Assembly (NCBI RefSeq): GCF_036321535.1
Contig: NC_087436.1
Location: 59,026,001 to 59,090,000, forward strand
Direction of reading: 5' to 3'
DNA from: Camelus dromedarius
Taxonomy: Eukaryota
DNA: 64,000 bases
Positions within the stretch are counted from its first letter, which is position 1. Each line of letters opens with the position of its first letter. Below, piece by piece: positions 12,418 through 25,889 of the stretch. The notes under the pieces were generated by a model. It saw only the letters and a list, made by a program, of their open reading frames with translations. It ran no database searches and had not been told where the DNA came from. Both the position numbers and the translations under genes were made by a program.

Positions 12418-15125
12418 TACTCAGATTTTCTGTTTCTTCATGATTCAGTCTTGGCAGGTTGCATGTTTATAGAAATTGATCCATTTATTTCTAGGTTGTC
12501 CAATTTGTCAGTATATAATTGTTTGTAGTATTCTTTTATATTCTCTGTATTTCTATGACACCAGTAGTAATTTCTCTTATTTCATGTCTGATACGATTTA
12601 TTTGAGCACTCTCTCTCTCTTTTGCTTAGTCTAATTCTCGGCTAGAAACTGCTCTTACTTCCGTTGATTTCCTATTGTCTTTTTAGGCTTTATTTTATTT
12701 ATTTCCATTCTGATCTTGTTTCCTTTCTCCTACTAATATTGAGTGTATTTTGTTCTTCTTTTTCTAGTTGCTTTAGGTGTAGAGTTACATTTTTTGTTTT
12801 GGATTTTTCTTGTTTCTTGATGTAGGCCTGTATTCCTTCTCAGAACTGTTCTTTTGCATACCATAAATTTTGCTGTGTCTTATTTCTGTTTTCATTTGTC
12901 TCCAGGGATTTTTAAATTTTTCTTTAAATTCTTCTATGACCCATTGGTTACTCAAGTAACAGGTTGTTTAATCTCCATATTTTTGTGTTTTTCCCTTTTT
13001 TTTTTTTTGGTGATTAATTTCTAGTTTCATACCACTGTGGTTAGAGAAGATGCTTGATAAAATTTCAATCTTCTAAAATTTATTGAGACTTATTTTATGG
13101 CATATGACCTCTCCTGGAGAATGTTCCTTGTTTACTTGATAAGGATGTGTATTTTCCTGCTTTTGGATGAAATGTTTTGTATATATTTATTAAATATCTA
13201 ATCTAATATGTAGTATAAATCCAGTGTTTCCGTATTGGTTTTCTGTCTGGATGATCTATCCGTTGATGTAAGTGGGTGTTAAAGTCTCCAAGTATTATTG
13301 TACTGCTTTCAAATTCTCCCTTTATATTTATTAATACTTGCTTTATATATTTAGGTGTTCCTATGTTGGGTGCATAAATATTTACAATTGTTATATCTTC
13401 TTGCTGAATTGACCCCTTTATCATTATGTAATGCTGTTCTGTCTTTTTGTGCTTTCTTACTTTTAAAGTCTATTTTGTCTGATATGAGCATAGCTATACC
13501 AGCTTTCTTTTCATTTCCATTTACATGGTATTTATTTTTCCATCCCTTCATTTTCAGTCTTTGTGTGCTGTTTTCTTAATTCTAAAATGAGTCTCTTGCA
13601 GGCAGCATGTAGGCGGGTCTTTTTTTTTTTTAAATCCATTCAGTCACTCTGTATCTTTTGATTGCTAAATGTATTACATTTACATTTGAAATAATTATTG
13701 GTAAGCATGTAATTATTGATATTTTAAAATTGTTTTCAAGCTATATTTTTGGTTCCTCTATGTTACTTTCTTCTTCTCTTTCTCTCTACCCTTGTATTCT
13801 GATGGCTTTCTTTAGTGTTATGCTTTTCTTATTTTTCTTTTATTTATTTACTATGTTTTTACCTTGTGTTTACTGTGAGGTTCATGGTGGCATTCTGTGT
13901 AAATAGCAGTCTAAGTTGATAGCAACTAAAAGTTGAACACATTCCAAAGCTCTATCTTTTTACCCTCCTCCTCACATTGTGTACTTTTGATGATATATTT
14001 TACATCTTTTTTTAATGCATCCCTTAACTAATTATTCTAATTTTAATTAATTTTATTACTTTTTTCTGTTAACCTCTGTTTTTGCTTTATAAGTAATAAA
14101 TTCTCAAGCTTTATTATGTATTTACCTTTTTTAGTGAAATTTTTGCTTTTTCATGTTTTCCTTTTATTAATTATCCATTGTTTTTCAGATTAAAGAGGTC
14201 ATTTTAACATTTCTTTTAGGGCATGTTTAGTGGCTTTTGCTTATCTGGGAAACTCTTAATCTCTTCTTCAATTCTGAATGATAACCTTGTTGATTAGAGA
14301 ATTCTTGGCTGGATGATTTTTCCCTTTAGTACTTTGAATATGTAATGTCACTCCTTTCTGGTCTGTAGTTTCTGATATAAAATCTGTTTATGCCCTTATG
14401 GGGTTTCTCTTATATGTAACAGTTATTTTTCTTTTGCTGCTTTTAGAATTCTATCTAACTTTTTCCATTTTAATCATAATGTATCTTGGTGTTTGTCTAG
14501 TTGGATTCATCTTGTTTGGAAGTCTCTGGACTTCTTGGACCTGGATGTCTATTTCCCTCCTAAGATTAGGGAAGTATTTAACCACTATTTCTTCAACTAA
14601 TTTTTCTGGCTCTTTTTATCTTCTCTTCCTGGGAACCCTATAATGAGAATTTATTCCACTTGGTGTTGTCTTAAAGGTCTCTTAACGTGTCTTCATTTCC
14701 TCTTTTTTTTCCTGCTCTGAGTTCCATTCTTTTTTCCACCAGTTTACAAGTTTATTCTTCTACCTCATCCAATGTGCTGTTGAACCCCTCTAGTGTATTT
14801 ATTTCAGTTATAGTATCTGTTTGGCATTTTCTTGTATTTTCTACCTCTTTGTTGAAGTTCTTACTCTGTTCACTCATTCTCCTGAGTTTGGTGAACATTT
14901 TTATGATGATTTCTTTGAACTCTTTATCAGGCAGATAGCTTATCTCCATTTTATTTAGTTCTTTTTCAGAGGCTTTGTAATTTTCTTTTGGAAACACATC
15001 CCTCTGTCTCCCCTTTTTGCCTAATTCTTTGTGTTATTTCTATGTATTAAGTAGATTGTCTATTTGTCCTAGTCTTGAAGGAGTGGCTCATGTGAAAGGT
15101 GTCTTATGAGGCTCAAAAGCACTAT

Positions 15126-15578
15126 TGTTACGGAAACGATAGGCCAGTCAAGAAACAAGCACCACTCGGAGGGTTGGAGTACTCAGATGTATTACGCCGG
15201 CGAGCTCAGAGGGGCTTCTGCTCCGAAGCTCTGAGCACCTTCAAGATGTGCACTTGAGGTTTTATAGGGTAAAGTACAAGCTTGGGATATTCGGCCAATA
15301 GGCATGGAACAACTTTAGCAGCATTATCATCACAAAAGTGGAGGCGGGGAGGCAGCAATCCAACATTCCAAAGCCAGATATGTATCTTTGAAAATCTAGT
15401 TGGCTAGCAAAAAAACATAAACAGCAAACCAACACTAATTAACTTAGATTTACAAGTTAATCCAGCAGAACTCAGATCAGTATTCCAATACTTAGACTTG
15501 TTAGCCCAGCCCAGCCTCTCCTTCACATTCCTAGACCTGTGAGTTATCTTGTTAGACCAGCCCAGCTTTTCCTTCACA
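15126..15578 (-). mobile_element. Young ERV1-type solo LTR (453 bp)
   Basis: TG...CA ends. 4-bp TSD ctat (15122-25) / ttat (15579-82). Minus-strand TATAAA near 15260, CCAAT near 15295, several intact CpGs. The host L1 rejoins as aaaagcactatcccacctgacc. Confidence 0.85.
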
Positions 15579-16824
15579 TTATCCCACCTGACCACCTGAG
15601 GCAGGCACTTGAAGGGTGTCCCTTATGTGGGGTCCTTCTGTGTGTGCCTTCCTTTAGTGGCAGTTTTGTGACTGGTGGATGGAGATAGTCCCTGAAATAG
15701 CTGTGGCGCTGGGCCTTGGCTGCTGCAGCACTAGCTGAATTGAACTTTGATTCCTTCCTAGAAATTATTATAGTACTATTTAATGTATTTATTCAAAATA
15801 TCAGAATTTCCTTGTAATTAATTTAATAAAGATTTTTCTGTACTGTCAAATTAGACAATATCTATTACTTACAATATTTAGAATACTTCAGTTTATTAAA
15901 AATTGATAATTATGTTAAGATGATTTAGTCAAGCATAAAAGTAAGCAAGAATCCAATGTGGATGTAGCTACAAAAGAGTAGGCTTAAACTTTAATAAACA
16001 TTTAAAAGTTTGGACATTTGATTTTTGTCACTCTTGGCCTCCACCTTATCTCTAAGCTCAGAGCAAATATTTAGAATGGTCCTTATAAAATCAGTTTTAA
16101 TTAGATTTGTAATTTTTAATTCTATTATAAAATAGAATTTTATGTGAAAAAAACTGCGTGTATTATATATATTTACTATAATTTTTCTTGAATAGATCAA
16201 TTTCAGAGCCACGTACGTCAGGCAACACCATTTATTCTGTATTAACTCAATTCTAGCATTATTTCTGTGCTGTTATTAAACTCTTTTGAAAGCCAGTTCA
16301 AATTATAAATTGTGGTTGACATAATTTTACTTTGAAAGAAATCATCTAATTCATTCACAGGAGGGTTAATCTATTGTCTATCCCTTCCTTTTGTTCTTCA
16401 AAGTTCCCTTATCTTTAGTTCCTCAGATTCAAGTCCCTTTTATACTGAAAGAATTAATGAAATAATGGCTCAGAAACCTTAGCGAGATACAGATCACCTT
16501 TTTAATAATTATAGATTTCTGGACTTATAAGTCACTATTTGAGGCTTTATATTCCCATTGAATTAGTGTTGCTTAAAAGGATTTAAATTATTAAATCAAA
16601 TAATTAATTCAGTGCCTCTTATAATTAGTATTACATTGTTATTTCCTTTTCTGTACTGTATTTCCAACCAGAGTAAGATCTATGCATAAATTTAGGAAAT
16701 GCCTATCTATGAAGCATAATTTGAGGGATTTTTGATAACCCCTAACTGATTCCACTTCCTCTACAGTCTCCACATAACCTGTCTTTCTGAAGGGGTTTCT
16801 TTCAGGGAGATATAAAGTGTCATT

Positions 16825-17370
16825 AATTCATCATTCATCTATTCCTCTATCTGTTTATTCATTCTTTCAATAAATGTTCATGAAACTTTTATACAGATTA
16901 CTGAGACGAAGTTAGTGAACAAGCAATACTTCTTGAATTTCTCTACCATCTTGGGAAAAAAATTACAATAATGTGTAATGTGTGCTAACTTGACAAATGA
17001 AAAGAGAATAATTTGCAAAAATGAATATTGTCTTAAAATATTAGAAGAGGCTTCCATAAGATGTGAAATCTAAGGAGAATCCTTAAGAACAATGTAAGTA
17101 GGATAAGGAGGTAAGGAGTAATTACAATTATTTCTTTGACTATTACTGGGAAATAGCAGAATGAACTGTATGTGTAGATGGTGGGATTAATTAGAGAAAT
17201 TATGGTGCCTTTAAGGAGTAACAAGTTTGGTACCTATGGGGATACACAAAACCATGTAGTTTATGTGGCTACAGTGTGGAGTATAAAACTTCATTTGAAG
17301 TTAGGATGTTGAGGTTAGAAATATGATTATCCATATTATAAGGGCCTTTGCCATGTTAAGAAGTTTGGTG
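16825..17370 (-). mobile_element. LINE-2 3' fragment
   Basis: attcatcattcat...attcattctttcaataaatgttcatg tail followed by an L2-like body (ataagggcctttgccatgttaagaagtttgg). Confidence 0.65.
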
Positions 17371-17539
17371 CAGATTTTACCAATATAATTGAACAATCTA
17401 TCTTGATATTTGCCTTTTTAACTTACAGTATTAAAAGTTATCAAAATGAATTTCTCATGATGTAAAAACTCTGAAGTTATAATAAATAGATCCCTGAACA
17501 GGAAATACTTTTTAATGTTTTCTTAAAATATTTGTTCAC

Positions 17540-17612
17540 ATATGTATATGTGTGTGTGTGTGTATATATGCATATATATATGTGTGTATGTTTGTGTGTA
17601 TATATGTATATA
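17540..17612. repeat. Compound (TG)n/(TA)n microsatellite
   Basis: Seen directly in the sequence. Confidence 0.9.
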
Positions 17613-17639
17613 CAAACTGATTTATTATTTTATGTGTGC

Positions 17640-18310
17640 CAGTAATGGCAGAGTCGTTTGTGTTGAAATGACCTTTCCGTAGATAACAAATATAAAATCT
17701 TGATAATATACTCTAAAAAAAAGTTCAAGTCACTGGAGGGTGAACAAACAGGCAGAAGTGAAGGTGAGCCAACTGGAAGTGACCCTTTAGAAGAAGATAT
17801 TTGAACCAAGTGAGATTTGCATTTATGTGGCTTTTTGCATGAGAAATTCCTTAGTTCTCATGGCTCAGCATAGCTTGAACTTAAGAAAAAAGCCAGAGAA
17901 TTGATTTGGGGAGTCAGATTGGGATAGAGATTTGGATTGCCTAGGTAGGTGAAATGTGAGAGAGAATGTACCAAAAAGGACAGAGCTACAGAAAAGGTGA
18001 CCTAAAATATCTGGTATAAATTCCATCCAAATATTTGGCTGAATTATAAATAAGGCATTTAATATGAAGTTTTTCACTGAGGGCCTGTTGATAACATTTG
18101 CTGAAAGGTTGAAAAAAATTAGTGGAGATTTCAGCTATTGCTTACCACATGGGAAGGCAGAGTTTAGAATGAGCCCAGGGAAGTTAACTGCCTCTTACAA
18201 CATAAACTAATACTTTCTAGAGGAGGATAACAAAATCTACAGTCTCTGCACTATCTTCCACAATGTCCAATATACAATAAAAATTATTTATGTAAAGAAA
18301 TTACAAGATG
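17640..18310 (+). mobile_element. Ancient L1M/HAL1-like 5' fragment
   Basis: gtaatggcagag...agataacaaatataaaatcttg...cacaatgtccaatatacaataaaaatta resembles old L1 5' ends. Confidence 0.45.
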
Positions 18311-18479
18311 AGGTCAATGGCACAGATAATATGCTGCTAATAGAAACAGATCTTTATATTTACTAATTAACAAGGAGACAGGAACTTTAAATTGGATTGG
18401 GAGCTGTGAACATTAATTCAGCTGATAGAAATGTGTTTGAGGACTCACCCCAATAGATAACTCTATCTAATTTAATATG

Positions 18480-19420
18480 TTGCCAAATGATATTTATCAT
18501 ACATGTTCATATAAACCAAATAGTTTTGTTTGGTACAAATGCATTTTTAATTATGTAAACAGAATTGATTATGTATTTCATTGCTTTTTGCTTCTTTCCT
18601 TGAACAGGATGATTTTAGGATTCATACATAAAGATACGTGTACATCTATCCAAGACTTCAAAATTTTCCACCCCTCACTGTTTACTTCACCTCCCTTCCA
18701 AAGATGGCCACAGTGATTTATTGTATTTCCACCACAGTGACAAAATAAGCATCCTAGTATGTGCCCTTTTTGGTCCTATGTGATCATTTCTTAGATCCTA
18801 TACCCGAGAGTAGAGTTCTTGTGTCATAAGGTATGTGGATACTTAATTTGTGTCAGGAATGTCACATAGCTCTCGAAAATGATTGTCCCAATCTATACTC
18901 CTGGTAGCAGCACATAAGACTTATATTCCCACCCATAATTTCACCAAAACTTGGTATTATCCAGCTTTCTAACTTGTATCCATGTAATACACATGAAGTA
19001 GTATTTCCTTATAGATTTAGTTTGCCAATGAACTTGACCATTGATTGAATAGTCATGTTAGCCTTCACAATATCCCTTTCTTATATTAACTGTTCATAGC
19101 CTTTGCCAATTTTTCTGACAGTTATTTTCTCATTAATTTGGAGAAGCAACACATATATTCTCCATATTAATCCATTTTCAGTTTTGGACTTTGCAAATTT
19201 CATCCCATATTGATCACTTACACGGTAAATTTGTCCATGGTATACTGTGTTGAATATAAAGCCTTAATTTTGATGTAACATTATGTTTTTATCACCTTGC
19301 AATTTGTTTCTGAAATTTAATTTTTGAAATTCTTCTCCACCCTAGGTCACAAAGACATTCTCCTAAATTTTCTTCTATTTGTAGTTTTTACTTCTACTTT
19401 TATGTCTTTTATCCATCAGA
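18480..19420 (-). mobile_element. Ancient L1ME-like 3' fragment
   Basis: Contains ttctccaccctaggtcacaaagacattctcctaaattttcttc and caccaaaacttggtattatccagctttctaa. Confidence 0.65.
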
Positions 19421-20727
19421 AATCAACTTTTCTGTCTTTTTCTCTTTTCATCAGAACTAAGGAGAGATTACAATTACCTGCTAGTATCATACTGCAAGCA
19501 GTATATCTAATAGTGAGCACTTCATGATAAGGCAGAGCCACGCTAACAAAAGTCCAACCAACCAACCAACCAAATAAACAAAAAAATAATCCCTAACAAT
19601 CTCATTCTGAGGTCCATGAAATGATGATCTATCTCACCTTACCTTTCCTTCCCTATGTCTCCAACTTCTTTCCTGTATAAACATAATTTATTATGTATGT
19701 GCTTACCAACTAAGGAAGAACATTTAAATTTAAGACTTTTTGGAATTTCCAGTTCACAAGGATCCAACCAAAGCCTGAATTTCTTGATTTCTATACTGAT
19801 TTTCTATTATGTTCAAGTTCTGTATATCTTATGGTAGTTATAATGCTGTGAAATTTTCTCTTTAATCTGACATATTTTGTTCTATCATGATATGGAAAAT
19901 ACTTTTACTTTTAAAAGGATAGTTATAGATTCTATGGCAAATATTACACTTAGAATTTTACTATAGATGAAGACTGAATAAATGAGACAGTTTAAACACA
20001 GAAGATACTCAGTGTGATAAAAAAGATAATGCTTTTCTCATTTGATCTTCCATAAAATTTTACTTAAGGATTTGAGAAACAAAAGAATCATAAGTAGTTT
20101 CATATGCATGTTATCTGCATTTGCAGTTTCCTTTAAATATCATTGTCGCTTTCATTTTCCATATTAATGTGACTTTGCCTGAAAAATTCTTTGATTTACT
20201 ATCATATTTTTCTCAGTTTTCCATTCTCTTGATCCTCACCCTTCTCTTCTCTTACTTTCCCTGTGTTTAAATTGAATTTTTAGTAGATAAAGTTCAGATA
20301 AAGAAACATGAATGCATTATTATATTATCAGGATAGTCCTTTGAGCCATCTTGTAGGAAACTATTTTAAAATAAATACTGTCTATATTGCAGTTGAAATT
20401 TCAATGGCAAGAACACCATAACAAGGTGTTTTGTTTTACTTTTTACATAGTTTTATCATTCCTGCTTGAAAGTTTAAAATGGTAAAATAAAATTATAACT
20501 ATATTTCTTGAAAATGTAAACATAGCATTATATAAGGGTCAATGGCTAAAGCTAATAGTAAACATTAAATTTGTGACGACACAGAATTTAGTAATAACTA
20601 ATTCATCAAGTTTTCTAAACCTTATGTAGAAAGAAAAATAAAAGTGCAAAGGCCTTTGGTATTTTAAAAAAATACAGGATTGATCCTCGGATAGCCACCC
20701 TGAAATATGAAATGTTTTTATTTTAAA

Positions 20728-20777
20728 ACACACACACACACACACACACATATGCATGTACGCACACTCACACACAA
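20728..20777. repeat. (CA)n microsatellite
   Basis: Seen directly in the sequence. Confidence 0.9.
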
Positions 20778-22819
20778 CCAAAAATACATCAGAACATTAT
20801 TCCTTCAAAACACATTTAACATACATCAACAGAAGTGATGATACAACTGCATCTATTAATGAAGCTTAAGACAGTTTTTTCTGATGCTATTGAATTTCAG
20901 TGGTTCTTATTATCTGTGTAAGAAAATATTACAGCTGTTCAAATTATCTCTATATCATCTTAAACCAATAGTAAGAAAAATGACTATGAATGATTCAGAC
21001 TGCTTGACAGAGAAGTGGGGGTGATAAAACTGTGGAGTTAATGCATTGCGCAGATCAGAATTTTTTTTAGAGTTATGTGTAGGAAGGCAGATTAATAGGA
21101 AATAAAGATAATGTGTTTGAACTTAAACTTTCATAAATTTTTTCCCTGAGCAGCAGTAGGAATTTGCACAGGATACTTGTAAACTATAGATAATCAGGGC
21201 TTAGATATCTAATCATAGAATAGTGTTCAGGTTTCTAAATTGAGTTGAATACCTAAGATAGGATTTAATATGTCCAAATGGTTAGGGTCAGTTTTAAAAT
21301 CAATGAAACAAAGAAACAAAAGAGAACCTCTTATGTGCTACCCACTTAAGGAAGAAATTTTGCATCTCTTAATTGTTAACCCTGCTCATCAGTACTTGTG
21401 GTGTGCATAATTCGTGTTGACCTTCAGTTTCAAATTCAGACTGATCAGGCATGATCCTTGACTCAGTAGAATTTCTTTTATCAAAATCAGTCAGGCTTAT
21501 ATTTTGTTAAGGAAATGGGAAACAAATGCAAAATTTGTGCTTTTCTTATGTAGTGGGTAATATGATTAATTTGTTCAGTATCCTATCTAATCTCCTTTAA
21601 GTTCAAGTTCTGCAACAGTTCTACCAACTCAGAACTGAGCTATGTGAGAACTGAGCAAAATATTTACTTTACCAGCTTTGATCACAGTAGTGATGAAATA
21701 GTTTGAGTCTAGAACATCCTGCAGCTTACTACAGCGATGGTATCATTTTTCTAGATCACAGCTCTCTTTGAAATGGTGATAGAAAGTCTTTTGCATAAGT
21801 AGTTCTTGGAGTGGTAGCTTTCCCAGACATGGCAGTGGCAGAGAGGACTTAACTGAGCTTTGATTCAGTGTATTCAGCCGAGAGCTTACTCTTCTAGCTG
21901 CATGCTCCCCTCCCCGCTACAGTGGTCTTATATGCACCTATTGAAACTTTCTGCATAACGGGGGGACCATACAAAGGTGTGAGAAATGTTTGTAGTCACT
22001 CAACTTCAAAGAAAGGAGAAATCTGTGATTGCCTTTCTGATTTGATCTGGCTGGTTTGACACTAGTGAAAATCAACTTATCATTAGCAGATGGAACAGAA
22101 TTCTATGACATCATACCATATACTAATGAAGCAGTTACATTACCAAGTGCTGTTACCTAGTATGAAATGTCTATTGAAATTGAGGTTTTGATGGACCTCG
22201 TGGCTGGCAAAATAGAACGAGTTTGGCATAAGGAATACACTAACTCTGTCGCTGACACTTTATTGCCACTGTGGTAGAGAGCTTAAAGAAAGAAAATTTA
22301 CATTTCCATGTTCTGATCTTTAGACCAAGACAAGTTCAGAAAACTGAAATTTCTGTGATACCAAAAAGTGATTTTTAAAGTTTTTTGCTCAAAACTTGTT
22401 TTAAAATTTACATTAAAGTTGATGAGTGTTCCAGTTTTGGCATAGTAGAACAAAGTCACAGAAATGGAATTTCAACATCTTAAATTATCTCTTTAATACT
22501 GGTGCTAAGAATCTTATATGAAAACTAATTTTGGATAATAAGATTGGGAAATTTATGATGAGCTTCTTTGTGTAATTTTTAGCAAAATTACACACAATTA
22601 CTTAATACAAGCATACTCATGAATCTTAAGTCTTCTTTAAAAAGCAGTGATAGGATGTTATTTAGATAGATATGCCTTTATGTTTTTCTCCATATCAGCA
22701 GATTTCCAAAGTTTGATTTGTTTTTCCCAGTAGAAGTTATCAGAATTCCATGACCTTCTCAACAAGTTACAAATAGAGCTTTATTACCCGATGTCTACAG
22801 TAAGCATACATTTGGATAA

Positions 22820-24865
22820 ATTTTTTATTTGTTTTTAATTAATTAATTAATTAAATTTAAATTTTGCCATACTAACCATTTTCAAGTGTACACTTCAGTG
22901 GCATTAATTACCTTCAGAATGCAATCATCACCACTATTTCTAAAACTTTTTATGTCCCCATATAGAAACTCTGTACATTTTAAGCCAACACTCACAATTT
23001 TCCCTCTTCTCCAATCCCCTGGTAGAATATAATTTGCTTTTTGTCTCTATGAATTTATCCATTCTACATATTTCATACAAGTGAAGTCATACAATATATG
23101 TTTTTTGCTGTCTGGCTCATTTCACTTAATACAGTGTTTTCAAGACACATCCCTGTTGTAGCACATATCAAAACTTTATTCCTGATTAATATTCTATTGA
23201 ATTATATTTTCTTTATCTGTTCCTGATTAATATTCTATTGTATTATATTTTCTTTATCTGTTCATCAGCTAATGAACACTTTAATGAACTTGGGTTGCTC
23301 CCACACTGACTATTGTTAATAATGCTTCTGTGCATACTCATTTACATATACTTGTTTGAATACCTGTTTTTAATTATTTGGGGTTGCATACATAGGAGTG
23401 AAATTGGGCGGGGTCATACTGTAATTTTATGTTTAACTTCTTGAGGAGCTATCAAATTGTTTCACATGGTTACTAAACCATTTTATGTTCCCACCAGCAA
23501 TTTATGAAGATTCCAACTTCTTACTCTCACCAACACTTGCTGTTTCCCTCTTTTAAAAAAAGCTATCTTACTCAGTGTGATGTGGTATCTCATTAGCACA
23601 TTCACTTGCATTTCCTTAGTGACTAATAATGTTGAAAATCTTTTGATGTGCTTTTTTGGCCATTTGTGTATCTTTTTTCAAGAAATATCTATTCAAGGCC
23701 ACATTTGCTCATTTTTTTTTAATTGGGTCATTTTCTCTTTGTTATTGAGTTGTGTTTTATTAATATATTTTGGATACTAAACCTTATCAGATATATGATA
23801 TGCAAATATTTTCTCCCATTTTCTAAGTTGTCTTTTCATTTTATTAATATTTTTGATACACAAAGGATTTTAAGTTTTATGAAGCCTAATTTATCAATTT
23901 TTCCTTTTGCTGCTAGTTCATTTGGTATCATATCTAAGAATTCATTGCTAAATCCAAGATCATGAAGATTTACTTTGTTTTCTTCTTAAGGTTTTATAGT
24001 TTTAGCTCTTATATTTAGGTCATTGATTCATTTTGAGTTACTTTTTCTGTATGGTGTGAAGTAGGAATCCAACTTCATTCTTTTGCATATGGACATTCAG
24101 TTGTCCCAGCCATATCCATTGAAGAGACTATTCTTTTCCCATTCAGCTGCATTCTTGTCAAAAATTAATTTGCCAAGCATATATGAAGTTATTGTTGGAC
24201 TTCCAATGCTATTCCATTGATCTATATATATATGTGTCCTTATGACAATACCACACTGTTTTGGTTACTGTAGTTTTGTATTAAGTTTTGAAATCAGGAA
24301 ATGTGAGTCTTCTACCTTTGTTCTTCTTCTTCAATATTGTTTTTGCTGTTAGAGATCCCTACAATTCCATATAGATTAGAAGATCAGCTTTTCCATCAGG
24401 TTTTGAAAAAATCTTGTTGGAGTTTTGATAAAGATTGTATTGAATCTGTAGATTGCTTTGGGTAGTTCTGACATTTTACCAATAGCAAGTCTTCCAATCC
24501 ATGAACAGGTGATTTTTTTCCCATTTATTAAATATTTTTAGCAATGTTTTGTAGTTTTCAGTGTACAAGTCTGTCACCTCCTGGGTTAAATTTATTTCTA
24601 GGAGTTTTACTTTTTTGGATGCTATTGTAAATGGGATTGTTTTCTTAACCTTCTTTTTAAATTGTTCATTTCTGGTGTATAGAAAAACTGATTTTTGTAT
24701 GTTGTCTTGAACGCTGCAAATTTTCAGAATTTGTTTATTAGATTTAGTAGCTTTTTGTGGATTCTTTGAGATTTTCTATATGTAGGATTGTGTCATCAGT
24801 GAATAGAGATAGTTTTACTTCTTCCTTTCCAATTGATATATATTTTCATTCTTTTCTTTCTTTTT
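22820..24865 (-). mobile_element. 5'-truncated L1MB-like LINE-1 (3' UTR and ORF2 3' part)
   Basis: 3' end aaccattttcaagtgtacacttcagtggcattaatta. ORF2 hallmarks gattgtattgaatctgtagattgctttgggtag and atagttttacttcttcctttccaat. Confidence 0.9.
23179..23260. repeat. 41-bp tandem duplication with one mismatch inside the old L1
   Basis: ttcctgattaatattctattg(a/t)attatattttctttatctg occurs twice. Confidence 0.95.
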
Positions 24866-25889
24866 TATATAGAAGATCAATTTATTCCATTATAAGTATT
24901 ATATATTTAGTAATCTTAACTTATATGGTTAATTAGGAGAATAACAGACTTGCTGGTGAAACAGTTTACCCAAAATGGAGATGGTATCAAACTAGTGGTC
25001 AAGGATTAATTCCCCAAATAATTAACTTTTATCCAGGATTAATTTGATTTTAAAAACAAATACAAGCTACAGATTCACTCTTCTCAGCTTAACTGGACTG
25101 TCAACCCCTGGTGTAACTGTCAGGTGAAAACATATATCTTTACAATTTGGTGGTCCAAGTTAAAAAAAAAATTCCAGAGAGGAAATTATATGAAAACAGC
25201 TCAAGAAATACAAAGTGAGCAAAAACACATGAGGAAATAGGAACATGTAGTTTTAACTAAACTGCAGAAATGGAGAGAAGACCAGTCTACATAAGAAAAT
25301 GTGTATACTGTGAAGTCAGGTGTAAAGATTTTAGAGTAGGAATGTATATGCCTTACACACTCCCTATTTCTTGAATAAAAATGACATCTTTCATTGTTAT
25401 TTTTCATAGCTTAGACTCCTACCTCATTCAGCTCTATTTTGTACTCTCTTAAGCTTTTACTCAAATAAGTCTGGAAGACTCAAGGATACAGCACAAGAAA
25501 AATAACAAAACACAATATTCCCCATCCTGTGTTTACTTTAGACCTGGTTTTGTTACTAGGAAATCACTGAAGAAAATTTAAGTCTATGGCTTTGCTGAGT
25601 CAAGCCCCCACAAAATATTTAGAAAATGCCCACTATTTGGGCTATTAGCGTTGCTAATGGAAAGTATTATAGAAGAATAACCAAACAAAAGTCTGTGTGT
25701 CTCAAAACCAGTGTTAAATCAATCTCAGGCTTGAAAGGAAAAAAAAATGGGAGTCTAAAATCACAAGAAGTGCAGAAATATCTAGGATCATTTTCTTTCA
25801 GGATCCATACTTTCTTCAGGGTCTTCATAACTCTAAATACTCCTTGCAATTTTCCATACATGCATAACATTATCATCTTATACAGAACA

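Larger units (their letters stand above)
7435..15730 (-). mobile_element. Near-full-length decayed LINE-1 (3' UTR, ORF2, ORF1, part of 5' UTR) interrupted by Tigger1 and a solo LTR
   Basis: T-rich tail near 7435. RT segment at 9095..9559 ([12 protein letters not shown]...[15 protein letters not shown] changed to FADG). Endonuclease segments at 13203..13551 (MIKGSIQQEDITIVNIYAPN, ILGDFNT). ORF1-like ORF at 14752..14997. The L1 is collinear across both insertions. Confidence 0.95.

Noticed and set aside
22255..22285. Possible CTCF motif (ctaccacagtggcaa on the minus strand)
   Set aside because: The spacing does not fit the CCASYAGRKGGC core.
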